DNA of 64,000 nt, from contig JAZGAD010000047.1 of the NCBI GenBank assembly GCA_036444275.1, forward strand, positions 6,125 through 70,124, in the 5' to 3' direction. The notes below the pieces were generated by a model that was not told the origin of the DNA, made no database searches, and worked only from the letters and a program-made list of their open reading frames with translations. Position 1 is the first letter of the stretch, and every line of letters begins with the position of its first letter. Shown here in pieces: positions 39,760-48,991 of this stretch. A program made the translations under genes and the position numbers. This DNA is from Candidatus Hydrothermarchaeales archaeon (GTDB lineage: Archaea; Hydrothermarchaeota; Hydrothermarchaeia; Hydrothermarchaeales; JAZGAD01).

Positions 39760-40108
39760 AGTATTGGTAGTGGACGACGACGCTGGAACCTGCGAAACCT
39801 TATCAGACATCCTCTTGGAAACTACCTGTCAAGTTACTATGGCACGCGATGGATTTGAGGCCATAGAGAAGATGAAGGGGGAAAGCTTCGATGTTGTTCT
39901 TATGGATATAAAGATGCCAGGCATAAACGGGGTGGAGACTTACAAAGAGATGAAGAAGATAAATCCAGAGGCGAAAGTGGTTATGATGACAGCCTACGTT
40001 GGGGACGATCTAGTGGCAGAGGCCCTGAAGGAGGGGGCATCTACTGTGCTCTATAAGCCTTTGGATATAGGTAAGATGATAGACATCATAAAGGGAAAAT
40101 CCACATAA
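39743..40108 (+). CDS. single-domain CheY-like response regulator (paralog of 35208..35582)
   Basis: Receiver with VLVVDDDAGTCETL...VLMDIKMPGINGVE...MMTAY. Confidence 0.85.
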   Translation: MKGKTRVLVVDDDAGTCETLSDILLETTCQVTMARDGFEAIEKMKGESFDVVLMDIKMPGINGVETYKEMKKINPEAKVVMMTAYVGDDLVAEALKEGASTVLYKPLDIGKMIDIIKGKST

Positions 40109-40403
40109 AAAGGAAGGAGAGGGTGTATAATTGGCACCAAATGATGGTAAGGTTTATATACGCACCAGTAACTGCGATAAAACGGTGCCGAAATGAAGGT
40201 GCAAATAGACTGCAAGTTTGTGGAGATCGTGAAAAAAGAGGACTATGGCTATCTGAATTGCAATCTCCGGAGGTCTACGACCTTCAGCTGTCCCACCTGT
40301 TTGGAAGGTTTGATGGTCAGCAAGCGATAAACAAATTAAAGCTCCAGAAAAATAGAGCGATCCAAGCCGGAGTCCGTTAGACGAGAGAAGTCCTGTAGCA
40401 ATT

Positions 40404-41312
40404 CTAATGTTTCAGTTCGCTCGTATGGAACTTCTTTAATAGGTTCTTTATCTTATTAGCGTATGGATAAACCAAGGGGTGCATCAAGAGCTTCCTAGTT
40501 GGACCGTGCTCTAGTAGTAGTGTCCCCAGCTTCTCTATGTTTCCTCTCACGGGTACCTCTAAGTCCAAATTCAGCTCGAAATTTGAGACAAGCTCGTCTG
40601 TTGCTCCATATTTCTCAGAGGCTAAGTGAATGTGCTTTATCCTCGATGGTTCCATGCCTATTATCTTGCAAACAGCTCTATCCAGAGATACGACATCCTT
40701 GGAAGCTAGGAGGAAGTCAGTCTTCCTCACCCTACCACTTATAGGTCCATATCCGTCCATAACGTAGCTTGCATCCAATATGTTTATACAGGGCTTGAGG
40801 AATCCCAGTAAATAGACTAATAAATCATCTATTACTGAGTGATACTTCGATTTATCTTTATCCTGCAACAGGCCGAATAGATTCTTTATACCGAAGGTTA
40901 CACCTGTGAGGGAGTGGGTCTTCAGTACTGGGGCATTTATAATTTTTGAGTCCAGTGCTATCTTGGGGAGATTAAGGGTACCCCAAGGAGAATCGATGGC
41001 ATGGGTCTCCTCGTCAGAGAGGTTCACGAGGTCGCAGTCTAGGTCGAAGTTTGCCTCTAACTGTTTGAAGTCCTTTCCGAACGAATGCGTCTCCCCTATG
41101 AATACATCCTGCGTCCTCTCCTTGAGGATCGCAATTATGTGTCCTAAAAGCTCCATATTAGTAGTGACTCCGTTCCTGAGCCTGTGTGTACAGAAGTTGG
41201 GCTTGATCATCACCCTGTCGCCGTTGCCTATTGTATCTCTCCAGGATAGCTGCTCTAGTAGCTCTCTAATATTAGACTCCAAATCATCTATTCTCTTCAG
41301 ATATACTTCCAT
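40404..41312 (-). CDS. DUF362-family protein
   Basis: MIKPNF...THSLTGVTFGIKNLFG pattern typical of DUF362 (COG2006). Confidence 0.65.
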   Translation of the reverse strand: MEVYLKRIDDLESNIRELLEQLSWRDTIGNGDRVMIKPNFCTHRLRNGVTTNMELLGHIIAILKERTQDVFIGETHSFGKDFKQLEANFDLDCDLVNLSDEETHAIDSPWGTLNLPKIALDSKIINAPVLKTHSLTGVTFGIKNLFGLLQDKDKSKYHSVIDDLLVYLLGFLKPCINILDASYVMDGYGPISGRVRKTDFLLASKDVVSLDRAVCKIIGMEPSRIKHIHLASEKYGATDELVSNFELNLDLEVPVRGNIEKLGTLLLEHGPTRKLLMHPLVYPYANKIKNLLKKFHTSELKH

Positions 41313-42553
41313 AACGTAGCCCTCAATATCAACGTAGACGTTATCCCAGCAAAGACGAAACTTATGCTAGTGGCGTAAGCAGCACCCAGGATTTGGTATC
41401 TCGGTATTAACATAATATTGAGGAATATGTCGAAGACCGCTGCGAATGCAAGGATCCTCAGTGGTACAACCGGCTTTCCCAAGCCCTGAAAGATCCCGGA
41501 GTTCACCATAAAGATACCGAAGAAAGCGGCGCCCACAATGAGAACCTTGAAGGAAGCACTAGCCATGATATAGGCACTGCCAAATAATAGGGAAATTATT
41601 GTACTGGAGAATAAGATAGAAAAAGCAACTACGGGCAGAAGTACTGCAAATGCCATCTTATAGGCATAGACTATGTATCTCTTTATTTCTCCCACTTTTT
41701 TCTTGGCCTTCAACTCAGATATAGAGGGGAGTAGAGTCGCATATATCGCGGTAGTGAATGCTAGGATGAGCCTGGATGTAGGTGAGGCTGCCGAATAGAT
41801 ACCCACTTCTTCAGGCGTGAGATAGACTCCCAAAAGGAGTACATCAGCGTAGGCAAGAGTGAAGCCAGCTAGTGCAGTGGCTGATACTGGTAGAGAGAAG
41901 CGGAAGACCTCCTCAAAGTCGCGTATGCTACAGTTGGAGAATCTCTGACCTATTCTTTTGAAAAGGAGATAGGCTATGGGAACAGCGACTACAAAACCGA
42001 GTGTAGAGCCCCAGATGGCCCCGATGACGCTGAAGCCAGAGTAGACCAAGGCAAAAGCAAAGACTATCCTCAGCACTTGTTCCAACACGAGCGTCAGCCC
42101 CATATAGTCCATTCTCTTGTATCCTTGGAAGACCCCGGTATAAGCAGCAACTAGAAAGCCGAAGCCCAGTGCTATAGAGGATACCTTCAATGGCAGGATA
42201 ACATTGAGGTCATGGAAGACGTAAACACCTATAGGCGAGGCAAGAGCGTAGAAGAGGAAGCCTAGGAGAAAGCCCAGCAGGGTGAAGAAGACTAGTGATG
42301 AAGAGATAATAGAATCTCTCCTTTTAAAATCTCCTTTTGCCTCTTGTTCTGCCACGAACTTTGCAACACTTGGTGCCACACCTGCAGAGGTTAGCACCAG
42401 AATCAAATATTGGAGGGGTAAAGCCAGGTTAAGCAGGCCGAATTCATAGGGCGTGAGCATACGCCCCATTAGGATACGGTAGATATGGCCAGCAACCCTG
42501 ACAAGCAGATTGCTAGATGCCAGGATTATGCTCCCCTTCAATAGGTCCCTCAT
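41297..42553 (-). CDS. polysaccharide biosynthesis/Wzx-like flippase (MOP superfamily)
   Basis: About 12 TM helices, with an N-terminus typical of PF01943 (LLKGSIILASSNLLVRVAGHIYRILMGRML). Confidence 0.75.
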   Translation of the reverse strand: MRDLLKGSIILASSNLLVRVAGHIYRILMGRMLTPYEFGLLNLALPLQYLILVLTSAGVAPSVAKFVAEQEAKGDFKRRDSIISSSLVFFTLLGFLLGFLFYALASPIGVYVFHDLNVILPLKVSSIALGFGFLVAAYTGVFQGYKRMDYMGLTLVLEQVLRIVFAFALVYSGFSVIGAIWGSTLGFVVAVPIAYLLFKRIGQRFSNCSIRDFEEVFRFSLPVSATALAGFTLAYADVLLLGVYLTPEEVGIYSAASPTSRLILAFTTAIYATLLPSISELKAKKKVGEIKRYIVYAYKMAFAVLLPVVAFSILFSSTIISLLFGSAYIMASASFKVLIVGAAFFGIFMVNSGIFQGLGKPVVPLRILAFAAVFDIFLNIMLIPRYQILGAAYATSISFVFAGITSTLILRATLWKYI

Positions 42554-42735
42554 TAACCAGGGTTATTGATTTAATTAATAAAAATCCTTCGAAGTCGTTA
42601 TAGTAGTTTAGCTAGACGGCATACTTGAGAATGGCAGAGAAGTCAGTGTAGACTAGAATAGCGTAGCCCGGTTGAAACCAACCGGAACCAGACCGACAGA
42701 TTTAAATATCTTCCACTTAAATTCCATCCGATACC

Positions 42736-42954
42736 ATGGCTCAGAGACCTCTCGACGTTCTGCATAGCTCCTTGGAATCCCCGGTCCTAGTGGGGTTGAA
42801 AGGGGGAAAAGAGTACAGAGGAATCCTCAAGGGATACGACATACACATGAACGTTGTAATCCAAGGTGCCGAGGAATTGAAGGACGGCTCTGCTGTAAGA
42901 AAGCTTGGCTTGGTAATAATTCGAGGAGACAGTGTAGTCTTCATCTCTCCGTGA
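42736..42954 (+). CDS. archaeal Sm-like (LSm) protein
   Basis: Sm1/Sm2 motifs ([26 protein letters not shown]...[12 protein letters not shown]) and the conserved Sm-L37e gene pair. Confidence 0.85.
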   Translation: MAQRPLDVLHSSLESPVLVGLKGGKEYRGILKGYDIHMNVVIQGAEELKDGSAVRKLGLVIIRGDSVVFISP

Positions 42955-42963
42955 GGCGCGAGT

Positions 42964-43152
42964 ATGTCTAAGGGCACACCTTCTATGGGAAAACGGAATA
43001 AGCGGCTTCATATCCGCTGCCGGCGATGCGGCAGGAACTCTTTTCATGTGAAGCACGGCTATTGTGCAGCCTGCGGCTTCGGCAGGACTAAGAAGCTACG
43101 TAACTATTCTTGGCAGACTAAAACTAATAACAGAAAGAGAAGACTCCACTAG
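42964..43152 (+). CDS. rpl37e: ribosomal protein L37e
   Basis: [36 protein letters not shown] matches the L37e zinc ribbon. Confidence 0.9.
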   Translation: MSKGTPSMGKRNKRLHIRCRRCGRNSFHVKHGYCAACGFGRTKKLRNYSWQTKTNNRKRRLH

Positions 43153-43320
43153 TCGGAAAATTTTATAAGCCTATGTCGGGAGATCAAACTTGATGGAAGG
43201 TATCGAAGGTCCCTTTACCCTCTACACGTCTTTTAGCCTACAGCTACGTCCTAGTGTGGGCAACATAGGCATTATGCGTATTGCTATTGATTACCCATGC
43301 ATCTCTAAATCTGAAGGTGG

Positions 43321-44727
43321 ATGATGTTGCTGAGAGAGAAATGCGGCGTCGTTGGGTTCTACTCAAAAGGAGCACACCGTGTGTCATCCTCCATGTTCTA
43401 CGCCCTCTTTTCCCTTCAGCACCGCGGTCAGGAGTCATGCGGTATCACCACCTTTGATGGGGAGTTCCATACCGAAAAAGGTATGGGCCTTGTGCCAGAG
43501 GTCTTCGACACCGAGCGTTTGGAGAGGCTCCCAGGTAGCTTCGGAATAGGCCATGTGAGATATTCCACAACAGGTGACAGCAGGATAGAGTGTGCCCAGC
43601 CCTTTGTTGTGACTCACTCCAAGGGCACATTGGCAATAGCCCACAATGGAAACCTAGTAAATGCTCTTGAGCTGAGGAAGAAGCTCGAGGATGTTGGCCA
43701 AACATTCGTATCTGACACTGACACCGAGGTAATAGCTAACTTAATCATAAGGGAATTTGTGAGGAGTGGCGATATCGTCGATGCAATAACAGAGGTGATG
43801 AAGAAGATGGTAGGCTCCTATTCCCTAGTACTGTTAACAGATGAGGAGCTCATTGCGGTCCGCGATCCTCTTGGTATCAAGCCCCTTTGCATGGGCGGGA
43901 ATGAAGATGCCACGATGATTGCATCCGAGAGCGTGAGTTTCGATGTCCTGGACATGCCCTACACCAGAGAGGTAAACCCTGGGGAGATAGTGGTAATCAA
44001 TGAAAATGGCGTCACCAGCCATAGGCCTTTTAAGCTGAATAGGAGTGCCTACTGCATGTTTGAATACGTCTATTTTGCTAGGGCTGACTCAGTGCTAAAT
44101 GGCATACCAGTCTACAACGTGAGGGAGAGGATAGGAAAGATAATGGGAAACGATGATGATATAGCCGCTGATTTCGTTACCCCTGTTCCAGACTCTGCGA
44201 TACCCTTTGCCTTAGGTTACTCTCGGAAGACTGGCATACCATACAAAGAAAGCCTGATAAGGAATAGATATGTTGGGAGGACCTTCATCTTGCCCAATCA
44301 GCAGAGCAGGGAGCTTGCTGTTAGACTGAAGCTCAATCCCCTTTTGGAAGAGGTCAAGGGAAAGCGTGTGGTGCTATTCGATGACAGCATAGTACGGGGG
44401 ACAACTTCGGGTAAGGTGATACGCATTCTCAAGAGGGCTGGAGCAAGTGAGGTGCACATGCGTGTTGGGTGCCCGCCCATAAAGTCTCTCTGCAAGCTGG
44501 GTATAGATATGCCCACTGACCGAGAGCTCATAGCCAGCGACAAGGAGATAGCGCAGATACAGGCATGGATAGGAGCGGATTCCCTGAAATATCTGACATT
44601 GGAGGGCTTGACGGATGCAATCGGATTGGGGGAGAACGAGCTCTGCCTCGGTTGCCTGACCGAGCAGTATCCAGTGGAGATTTCCAAAGCGGAACAGGTC
44701 TCTCTGCCGTCATTCGTAGATGATTAA
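43321..44727 (+). CDS. purF: amidophosphoribosyltransferase (glutamine PRPP amidotransferase)
   Basis: Ntn Cys in a short propeptide context (REKCGVVGF) and a PRTase domain with the PRPP-binding motif VVLFDDSIVRGTT. Confidence 0.9.
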   Translation: MMLLREKCGVVGFYSKGAHRVSSSMFYALFSLQHRGQESCGITTFDGEFHTEKGMGLVPEVFDTERLERLPGSFGIGHVRYSTTGDSRIECAQPFVVTHSKGTLAIAHNGNLVNALELRKKLEDVGQTFVSDTDTEVIANLIIREFVRSGDIVDAITEVMKKMVGSYSLVLLTDEELIAVRDPLGIKPLCMGGNEDATMIASESVSFDVLDMPYTREVNPGEIVVINENGVTSHRPFKLNRSAYCMFEYVYFARADSVLNGIPVYNVRERIGKIMGNDDDIAADFVTPVPDSAIPFALGYSRKTGIPYKESLIRNRYVGRTFILPNQQSRELAVRLKLNPLLEEVKGKRVVLFDDSIVRGTTSGKVIRILKRAGASEVHMRVGCPPIKSLCKLGIDMPTDRELIASDKEIAQIQAWIGADSLKYLTLEGLTDAIGLGENELCLGCLTEQYPVEISKAEQVSLPSFVDD

Positions 44728-44795
44728 CTAAGTTTGTTATCGATAGGTTTATTTCCCACTGGAAAACAATATAACTGCTTTTCTCTTTTAGATTA

Positions 44796-44868
44796 GGGCC
44801 CGTAGCTCAGTTGGAAGAGTGCTCGCTTGGCATGCGAGCGGCCCCGGGTTCAAGTCCCGGCGGGTCCA
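44796..44868 (+). tRNA. tRNA-Ala (anticodon GGC)
   Basis: GGGCCCGTAGCTCAGTTGG...: the acceptor has the G3:U70 Ala identity pair, the anticodon stem CTCGC/GCGAG carries loop TTGGCAT, and the T-arm is CCGGG-TTCAAGT-CCCGG. No encoded CCA. Confidence 0.85.
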
Positions 44869-44922
44869 CTATCCTTTTTGATCCAAGTATTGTACACCCT
44901 CCACTCTATGCCGCTGAAAAAC

Positions 44923-45342
44923 TCATCTTCCTTTAAAGAGCATTTTCCCCAGGCCTGAAACTGCTCCTACTTTTTCATACTTGGCCTTAAATATATCACT
45001 CGCAGTGATTATCCCGGCCAGCTTCCCCTCGCTTAAAACCGGCAGTTTTTTGATATTCCTCTTTGTCATCAAGTCAATGGCATAGTCTATGTCTTTATCC
45101 TCTTCAACTGTGAGTATACCTTTCGTCATAATATCCATAATACGCAAGTTTTCAAGGTGCATATCAGTTGCAAGTGCTCTTTTCAGCATATCCCTTTCAG
45201 TGAGTATCCCTTTGACTTTTCTGTCTTCGACTACGAGGAGACATCCCACATTATTTCGCGACATCAAGTAGGCTGCGTCCTTTATCGTTGCATTTGGACT
45301 AATCACAATTACATTCGTGGTCATCAAATCTCTTATCAACAT
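44923..45342 (-). CDS. CBS-domain pair protein
   Basis: Two CBS motifs (IRDLMTTNVIVISPNATIKDA..., IMDIMTKGILTVEED...). Confidence 0.8.
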   Translation of the reverse strand: MLIRDLMTTNVIVISPNATIKDAAYLMSRNNVGCLLVVEDRKVKGILTERDMLKRALATDMHLENLRIMDIMTKGILTVEEDKDIDYAIDLMTKRNIKKLPVLSEGKLAGIITASDIFKAKYEKVGAVSGLGKMLFKGR

Positions 45343-45467
45343 GAGATTGTCCTTCCGTTGAATGTATTATATAATTACTATCATATCTACTTTTCTTATT
45401 ATACCCTCAACATCAGTGTACATAACATACAAAGCATTAAATTTCCTCTGATTAATAGAAGCTCTAT

Positions 45468-46364
45468 ATGCTCCTGGAAATTTTAAAACATCATGGCCCA
45501 GCTAGGCTGGGTAAATTGGAGCACGAGGGCTGCGAGATAGCAACGCCCAACTTTTTCTCTATCATAGCTAGAGATGTCGCCCTAGATCATGACATCTATA
45601 TAGTATCTCACGATGTAAAGACCAGCAGGAAGCCACTTATCTACAATTATGGGAGTCTAAAAACCAAGAAGGATATAGGTGCATTTGGGATCCTACCCGA
45701 TGACGGGGCGGCGTTAAAGGTCCCAAAGGAAATCGCTGAATTCTCAGTAGAGAGTACGCTGAAATTCGCAGAAAAGTACCCTGGTTACGGTGCAGTCATA
45801 CAGGGCTCAAAATATCCAGCGCTAAGGATGAAATGCGCCAGAGCTCTTAAAGAACATCCCTTACTAGTGATCGCGGACGCAGGAGAGCTCTTAGAAAACC
45901 CGAGACTCCTAGTGGAGATAGTTACAGGAATAAGGGAGGTGATTCCCCCGAATACAGCTTTGTATTTCCCCTTCGCCTCTCCTCACATGTTCTACCTGCT
46001 AGCATATATGGGCGTAGACCTCTTCGATTCAGGCGACTGTATACTAAAAGCCAGGAGGAACGAGATCATAACTACTAGGGGGCACCTCTACCTGAAGGAT
46101 TTAAAGGAACTTCCCTGCACATGCTCTGTATGCAGGGATAGAAGTCCTGAAGAATTGGTAGAAGATTTCAATGCTGTATTGAAGCATAATTTTGATCTCT
46201 CAGTATGCGTCGTTAGAGAGATAAGAGAAGCGATAAGAAAGGGCATACTAAGGGAGCTAGTGGAAGAGAAAGCCGCAGGCGGCACCCTAGCAATGACGAT
46301 GCTGAGGCTATTGGATCAAGAAAAACAGGACTTCTTAGAGAGATACACGCCTGTAGTGCCCTAG
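45468..46364 (+). CDS. tRNA-guanine transglycosylase-like (queuine/archaeosine TGT family) catalytic-domain protein, short form
   Basis: TGT-type N-terminus (LEILKHHGPARLGKLE...EIATPNFF) and zinc site CTCSVC. At 298 aa it lacks the C1/C2/PUA domains. Confidence 0.6.
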   Translation: MLLEILKHHGPARLGKLEHEGCEIATPNFFSIIARDVALDHDIYIVSHDVKTSRKPLIYNYGSLKTKKDIGAFGILPDDGAALKVPKEIAEFSVESTLKFAEKYPGYGAVIQGSKYPALRMKCARALKEHPLLVIADAGELLENPRLLVEIVTGIREVIPPNTALYFPFASPHMFYLLAYMGVDLFDSGDCILKARRNEIITTRGHLYLKDLKELPCTCSVCRDRSPEELVEDFNAVLKHNFDLSVCVVREIREAIRKGILRELVEEKAAGGTLAMTMLRLLDQEKQDFLERYTPVVP

Positions 46365-47519
46365 AAAATGAAGCTCGAGTCTAAATTTAACTCTAGAAAA
46401 GGCCTCGACTGCAAGAGCTGAAAAGCCGAGTATTCCAGCGAGAATCAGCATCTCCCTCCACTTCGCTCTAGAACCAGAAGGCTCATCTACAGCTGCGGGC
46501 GAGGGCGCTCGAAGCACGAGGTCGTCTTCAGACTCTTCTTGAAGTCTTAGTACAGGCTCCTTCTGCTCCTCTTCATGTCTAGACCTTTCCGCGGCAACAT
46601 CTACTACAGTCACTTCAACAGCACGAGGTGCAATTTCTTCCACTGGCGCAAGAGCTGGAACCGGAACCGGCATCTCCTTGATTACCGGTGGGAGCGCAAC
46701 TTCAATCCCAGCTACCCATATATCGTACATGCCGCCCTCATCAGAGGCATAGGCTATCTTGGCGCCGTCTGGACTCCAAGCTGGGCCCACCTGCCAGGAT
46801 TTCTTGGTAGTCATCCTCTCCATGCTTCCTTCTTCCAATATCCAAATGTCATAATTGCCCTCCCGATAGGACACAAAGGCTATACTCTCACCGTCAGGGC
46901 TCCAAGAGAGCTGGCCCTTCCAATAGGCATCTCCTACTAGAAGCCTCTTATCTTCTGTCTCTGGATTTATTAGCCAGATGTTGTAGCCCCCGTCAGTGGA
47001 GAGATAGGCTACTCCATCCCCCTTAGGATTCCACACAGGTGACCGAGACTTTCCATCGCTGGTGACGCGCTTAGCACCATTTCCATCGGCATTGATCACC
47101 CAGATATGTCCTTCACCGTTTTGTCTTGGAGAAAGGATGAATGCTATCTTGCCATCTGGACTCCACGTAGGCGAATGCTTCCAGCCATCCCCTGTTGTTA
47201 TCTGCCTTGCATCGCTTCCATCGCTTCTCATCACCCAGAGCTCCTGCTTCCCCTGGTGCTCAGAGATGAATGCTATAAATTTGCCGTCAGGACTCCAAAC
47301 TGGCTGTTCATCCCGGTATATATCCGATGTCAAAGCCTTCTGCTGGGCCCCATCAGCATTCATAACCCAGATATCATAGCTGGGGGACTGATATACTATA
47401 AATCTGCCGTCAGGACTCCAGGAGGGGGCTACGCCAAGAGAAGAGGTCGGCTGCCCCTCCAATGCATAGCCTTGACTGACGCAGACAAGCAGTGCCAAAA
47501 AGAATACCCAAACCCGCAT
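46335..47519 (-). CDS. secreted TolB-like WD40/PD40 beta-propeller protein with a C-terminal membrane anchor
   Basis: Signal peptide and about 7 repeats of SPDGKxIAFxSxxxGxxDIWVMNADG type. Confidence 0.7.
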   Translation of the reverse strand: MRVWVFFLALLVCVSQGYALEGQPTSSLGVAPSWSPDGRFIVYQSPSYDIWVMNADGAQQKALTSDIYRDEQPVWSPDGKFIAFISEHQGKQELWVMRSDGSDARQITTGDGWKHSPTWSPDGKIAFILSPRQNGEGHIWVINADGNGAKRVTSDGKSRSPVWNPKGDGVAYLSTDGGYNIWLINPETEDKRLLVGDAYWKGQLSWSPDGESIAFVSYREGNYDIWILEEGSMERMTTKKSWQVGPAWSPDGAKIAYASDEGGMYDIWVAGIEVALPPVIKEMPVPVPALAPVEEIAPRAVEVTVVDVAAERSRHEEEQKEPVLRLQEESEDDLVLRAPSPAAVDEPSGSRAKWREMLILAGILGFSALAVEAFSRVKFRLELHFLGHYRRVSL

Positions 47520-47565
47520 GACTATATATTACGTGAACACGGTATAAAAATTTAGGGTTTCAAAT

Positions 47566-48492
47566 ATGCTTCTATCGACAGCAGAATCATTAAATAGACC
47601 AGAAGTAGCTAGGTGGCATGATAGAATTCTGAATAGGTATACTCCGCCACCGGGAATAAAGCTTAGTGTGCTCTTACCATGCTCTGCCAGGAAGCCGTAC
47701 TCCAAGTCGAAGTCGCATATCCTCTTCAGGAAGTACATCAAGAGGGGAGCCGGGAGTAAACTGCACCTAGTGCATGAGGTCATCCTCACCTCGCCCCTGG
47801 GTTTAGTTCCTCGTGAACTTGAGAACCTCTATCCAGCTGCCCACTACGACGTTCCGGTAACCGGTCACTGGAGTGGAGAGGAGAAAGAAATTGCTATCAA
47901 TTTGCTCTCTAGCTATATGAAAAAAGCTGAGGCACCAGCGCTAGCCCACGTCGAGGGTGCCTATCGAGAGATATGCGGCAGCCTATCGATTCCAATGACT
48001 GCAGGTGGACTGAATAAGAGTACGCTTGAGGAGTTACAAAGAAAAATCTACGACGCTCTCAAGGACTGTCAGCCTGTCAAGGTGAATAGAAGGCTTGAGA
48101 ATCTGAGGAGAGCCTGCGACTTTCAATTCGGCTTGGGAGCTGGTAACATCTTGATCCCAGAAGAGACTGCGATTAAGGGGTATCAGTTATTCCTCAAAGG
48201 GGAGCAGATAGCAGCGATTAAGCCTGGAGATGGTTTTCTAGCTCTTGCCTCTGCCGGTGGAAGACTCCTCAAGGATTATGGCAGGTATTGGGTGGAGATA
48301 TCCTTCAAGCCAGATACCAACAGCATCTTCTCCGTCGGCGTGGATAAAGCTGACAAACGAATAAGGCCCAACGATGAGGTCGTCGTCCTCTACAATGGTG
48401 ATGTGGTAGGCGTTGGAAAGGCACTCTTAAATGGCGAAGAGATGACGAGAGCAGAGAAAGGATTGGCAGTAGAGCTGAGGCATAGGCTTTAG
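47566..48492 (+). CDS. DUF5591 plus PUA domain protein (archaeosine synthase ArcS-like C-terminal module)
   Basis: C-terminal PUA (IRPNDEVVVLYNGDVVGVGKAL), and an N-terminal domain resembling the TGT/ArcS C1-C2 region. Confidence 0.55.
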   Translation: MLLSTAESLNRPEVARWHDRILNRYTPPPGIKLSVLLPCSARKPYSKSKSHILFRKYIKRGAGSKLHLVHEVILTSPLGLVPRELENLYPAAHYDVPVTGHWSGEEKEIAINLLSSYMKKAEAPALAHVEGAYREICGSLSIPMTAGGLNKSTLEELQRKIYDALKDCQPVKVNRRLENLRRACDFQFGLGAGNILIPEETAIKGYQLFLKGEQIAAIKPGDGFLALASAGGRLLKDYGRYWVEISFKPDTNSIFSVGVDKADKRIRPNDEVVVLYNGDVVGVGKALLNGEEMTRAEKGLAVELRHRL

Positions 48493-48498
48493 TTCTGC

Positions 48499-48903
48499 TT
48501 AGCGTATCTCGACCTTTTCTTCTATAAATCCTTCTTTCTCGTCCCAGATCCAAGAGGTAACAGGTATCTTACTGGGCAGGGATACGACGACGTAGGAGTG
48601 CCCCGGCCAAGTTGCTGTGGCCTCATCAACAGCTGAAGGTTCTGAAAGAGCCATTGGATGTGAGTGGTAGAAGCCCAGTACCTCTAGTCCACTTTCCTCG
48701 ATCTCTGTAATTACACGAAGAAGTTCCTCTGGGCTTATCTCATAGCGTGCGTTTGAAAAAGCAATGTTTTTGCATTCGTAGACCTGCTCTACGAACTTAT
48801 CCTTCGTTGATACTCCGGCAAGGATACCACAAGCCTCCTTCGGCGCTTCTCTCTGGGCATGAGCAATTAACCTATGAATTAACTCTCTAGCAAAGACAAG
48901 CAT
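48499..48903 (-). CDS. JAMM/MPN+ metalloprotease (deubiquitinase-like)
   Basis: JAMM motif EACGILAG ... HSHPMALSEPSAVD. Confidence 0.8.
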   Translation of the reverse strand: MLVFARELIHRLIAHAQREAPKEACGILAGVSTKDKFVEQVYECKNIAFSNARYEISPEELLRVITEIEESGLEVLGFYHSHPMALSEPSAVDEATATWPGHSYVVVSLPSKIPVTSWIWDEKEGFIEEKVEIR

Positions 48904-48991
48904 GAATAGGAATCACTACGATGGATAGATAAATTGTTACCCAATAATATTCCGACTGCAAGAGGGCTAGACCTTGTGAGAAGTTATAAGA

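Noticed and set aside
40123-40380. 85-aa + strand ORF in the RR2/DUF362 intergenic gap
   Set aside because: No motif and odd composition. A different frame in the same gap gives a more protein-like 45-aa CxxC mini-ORF, reported only as a low-confidence finding.
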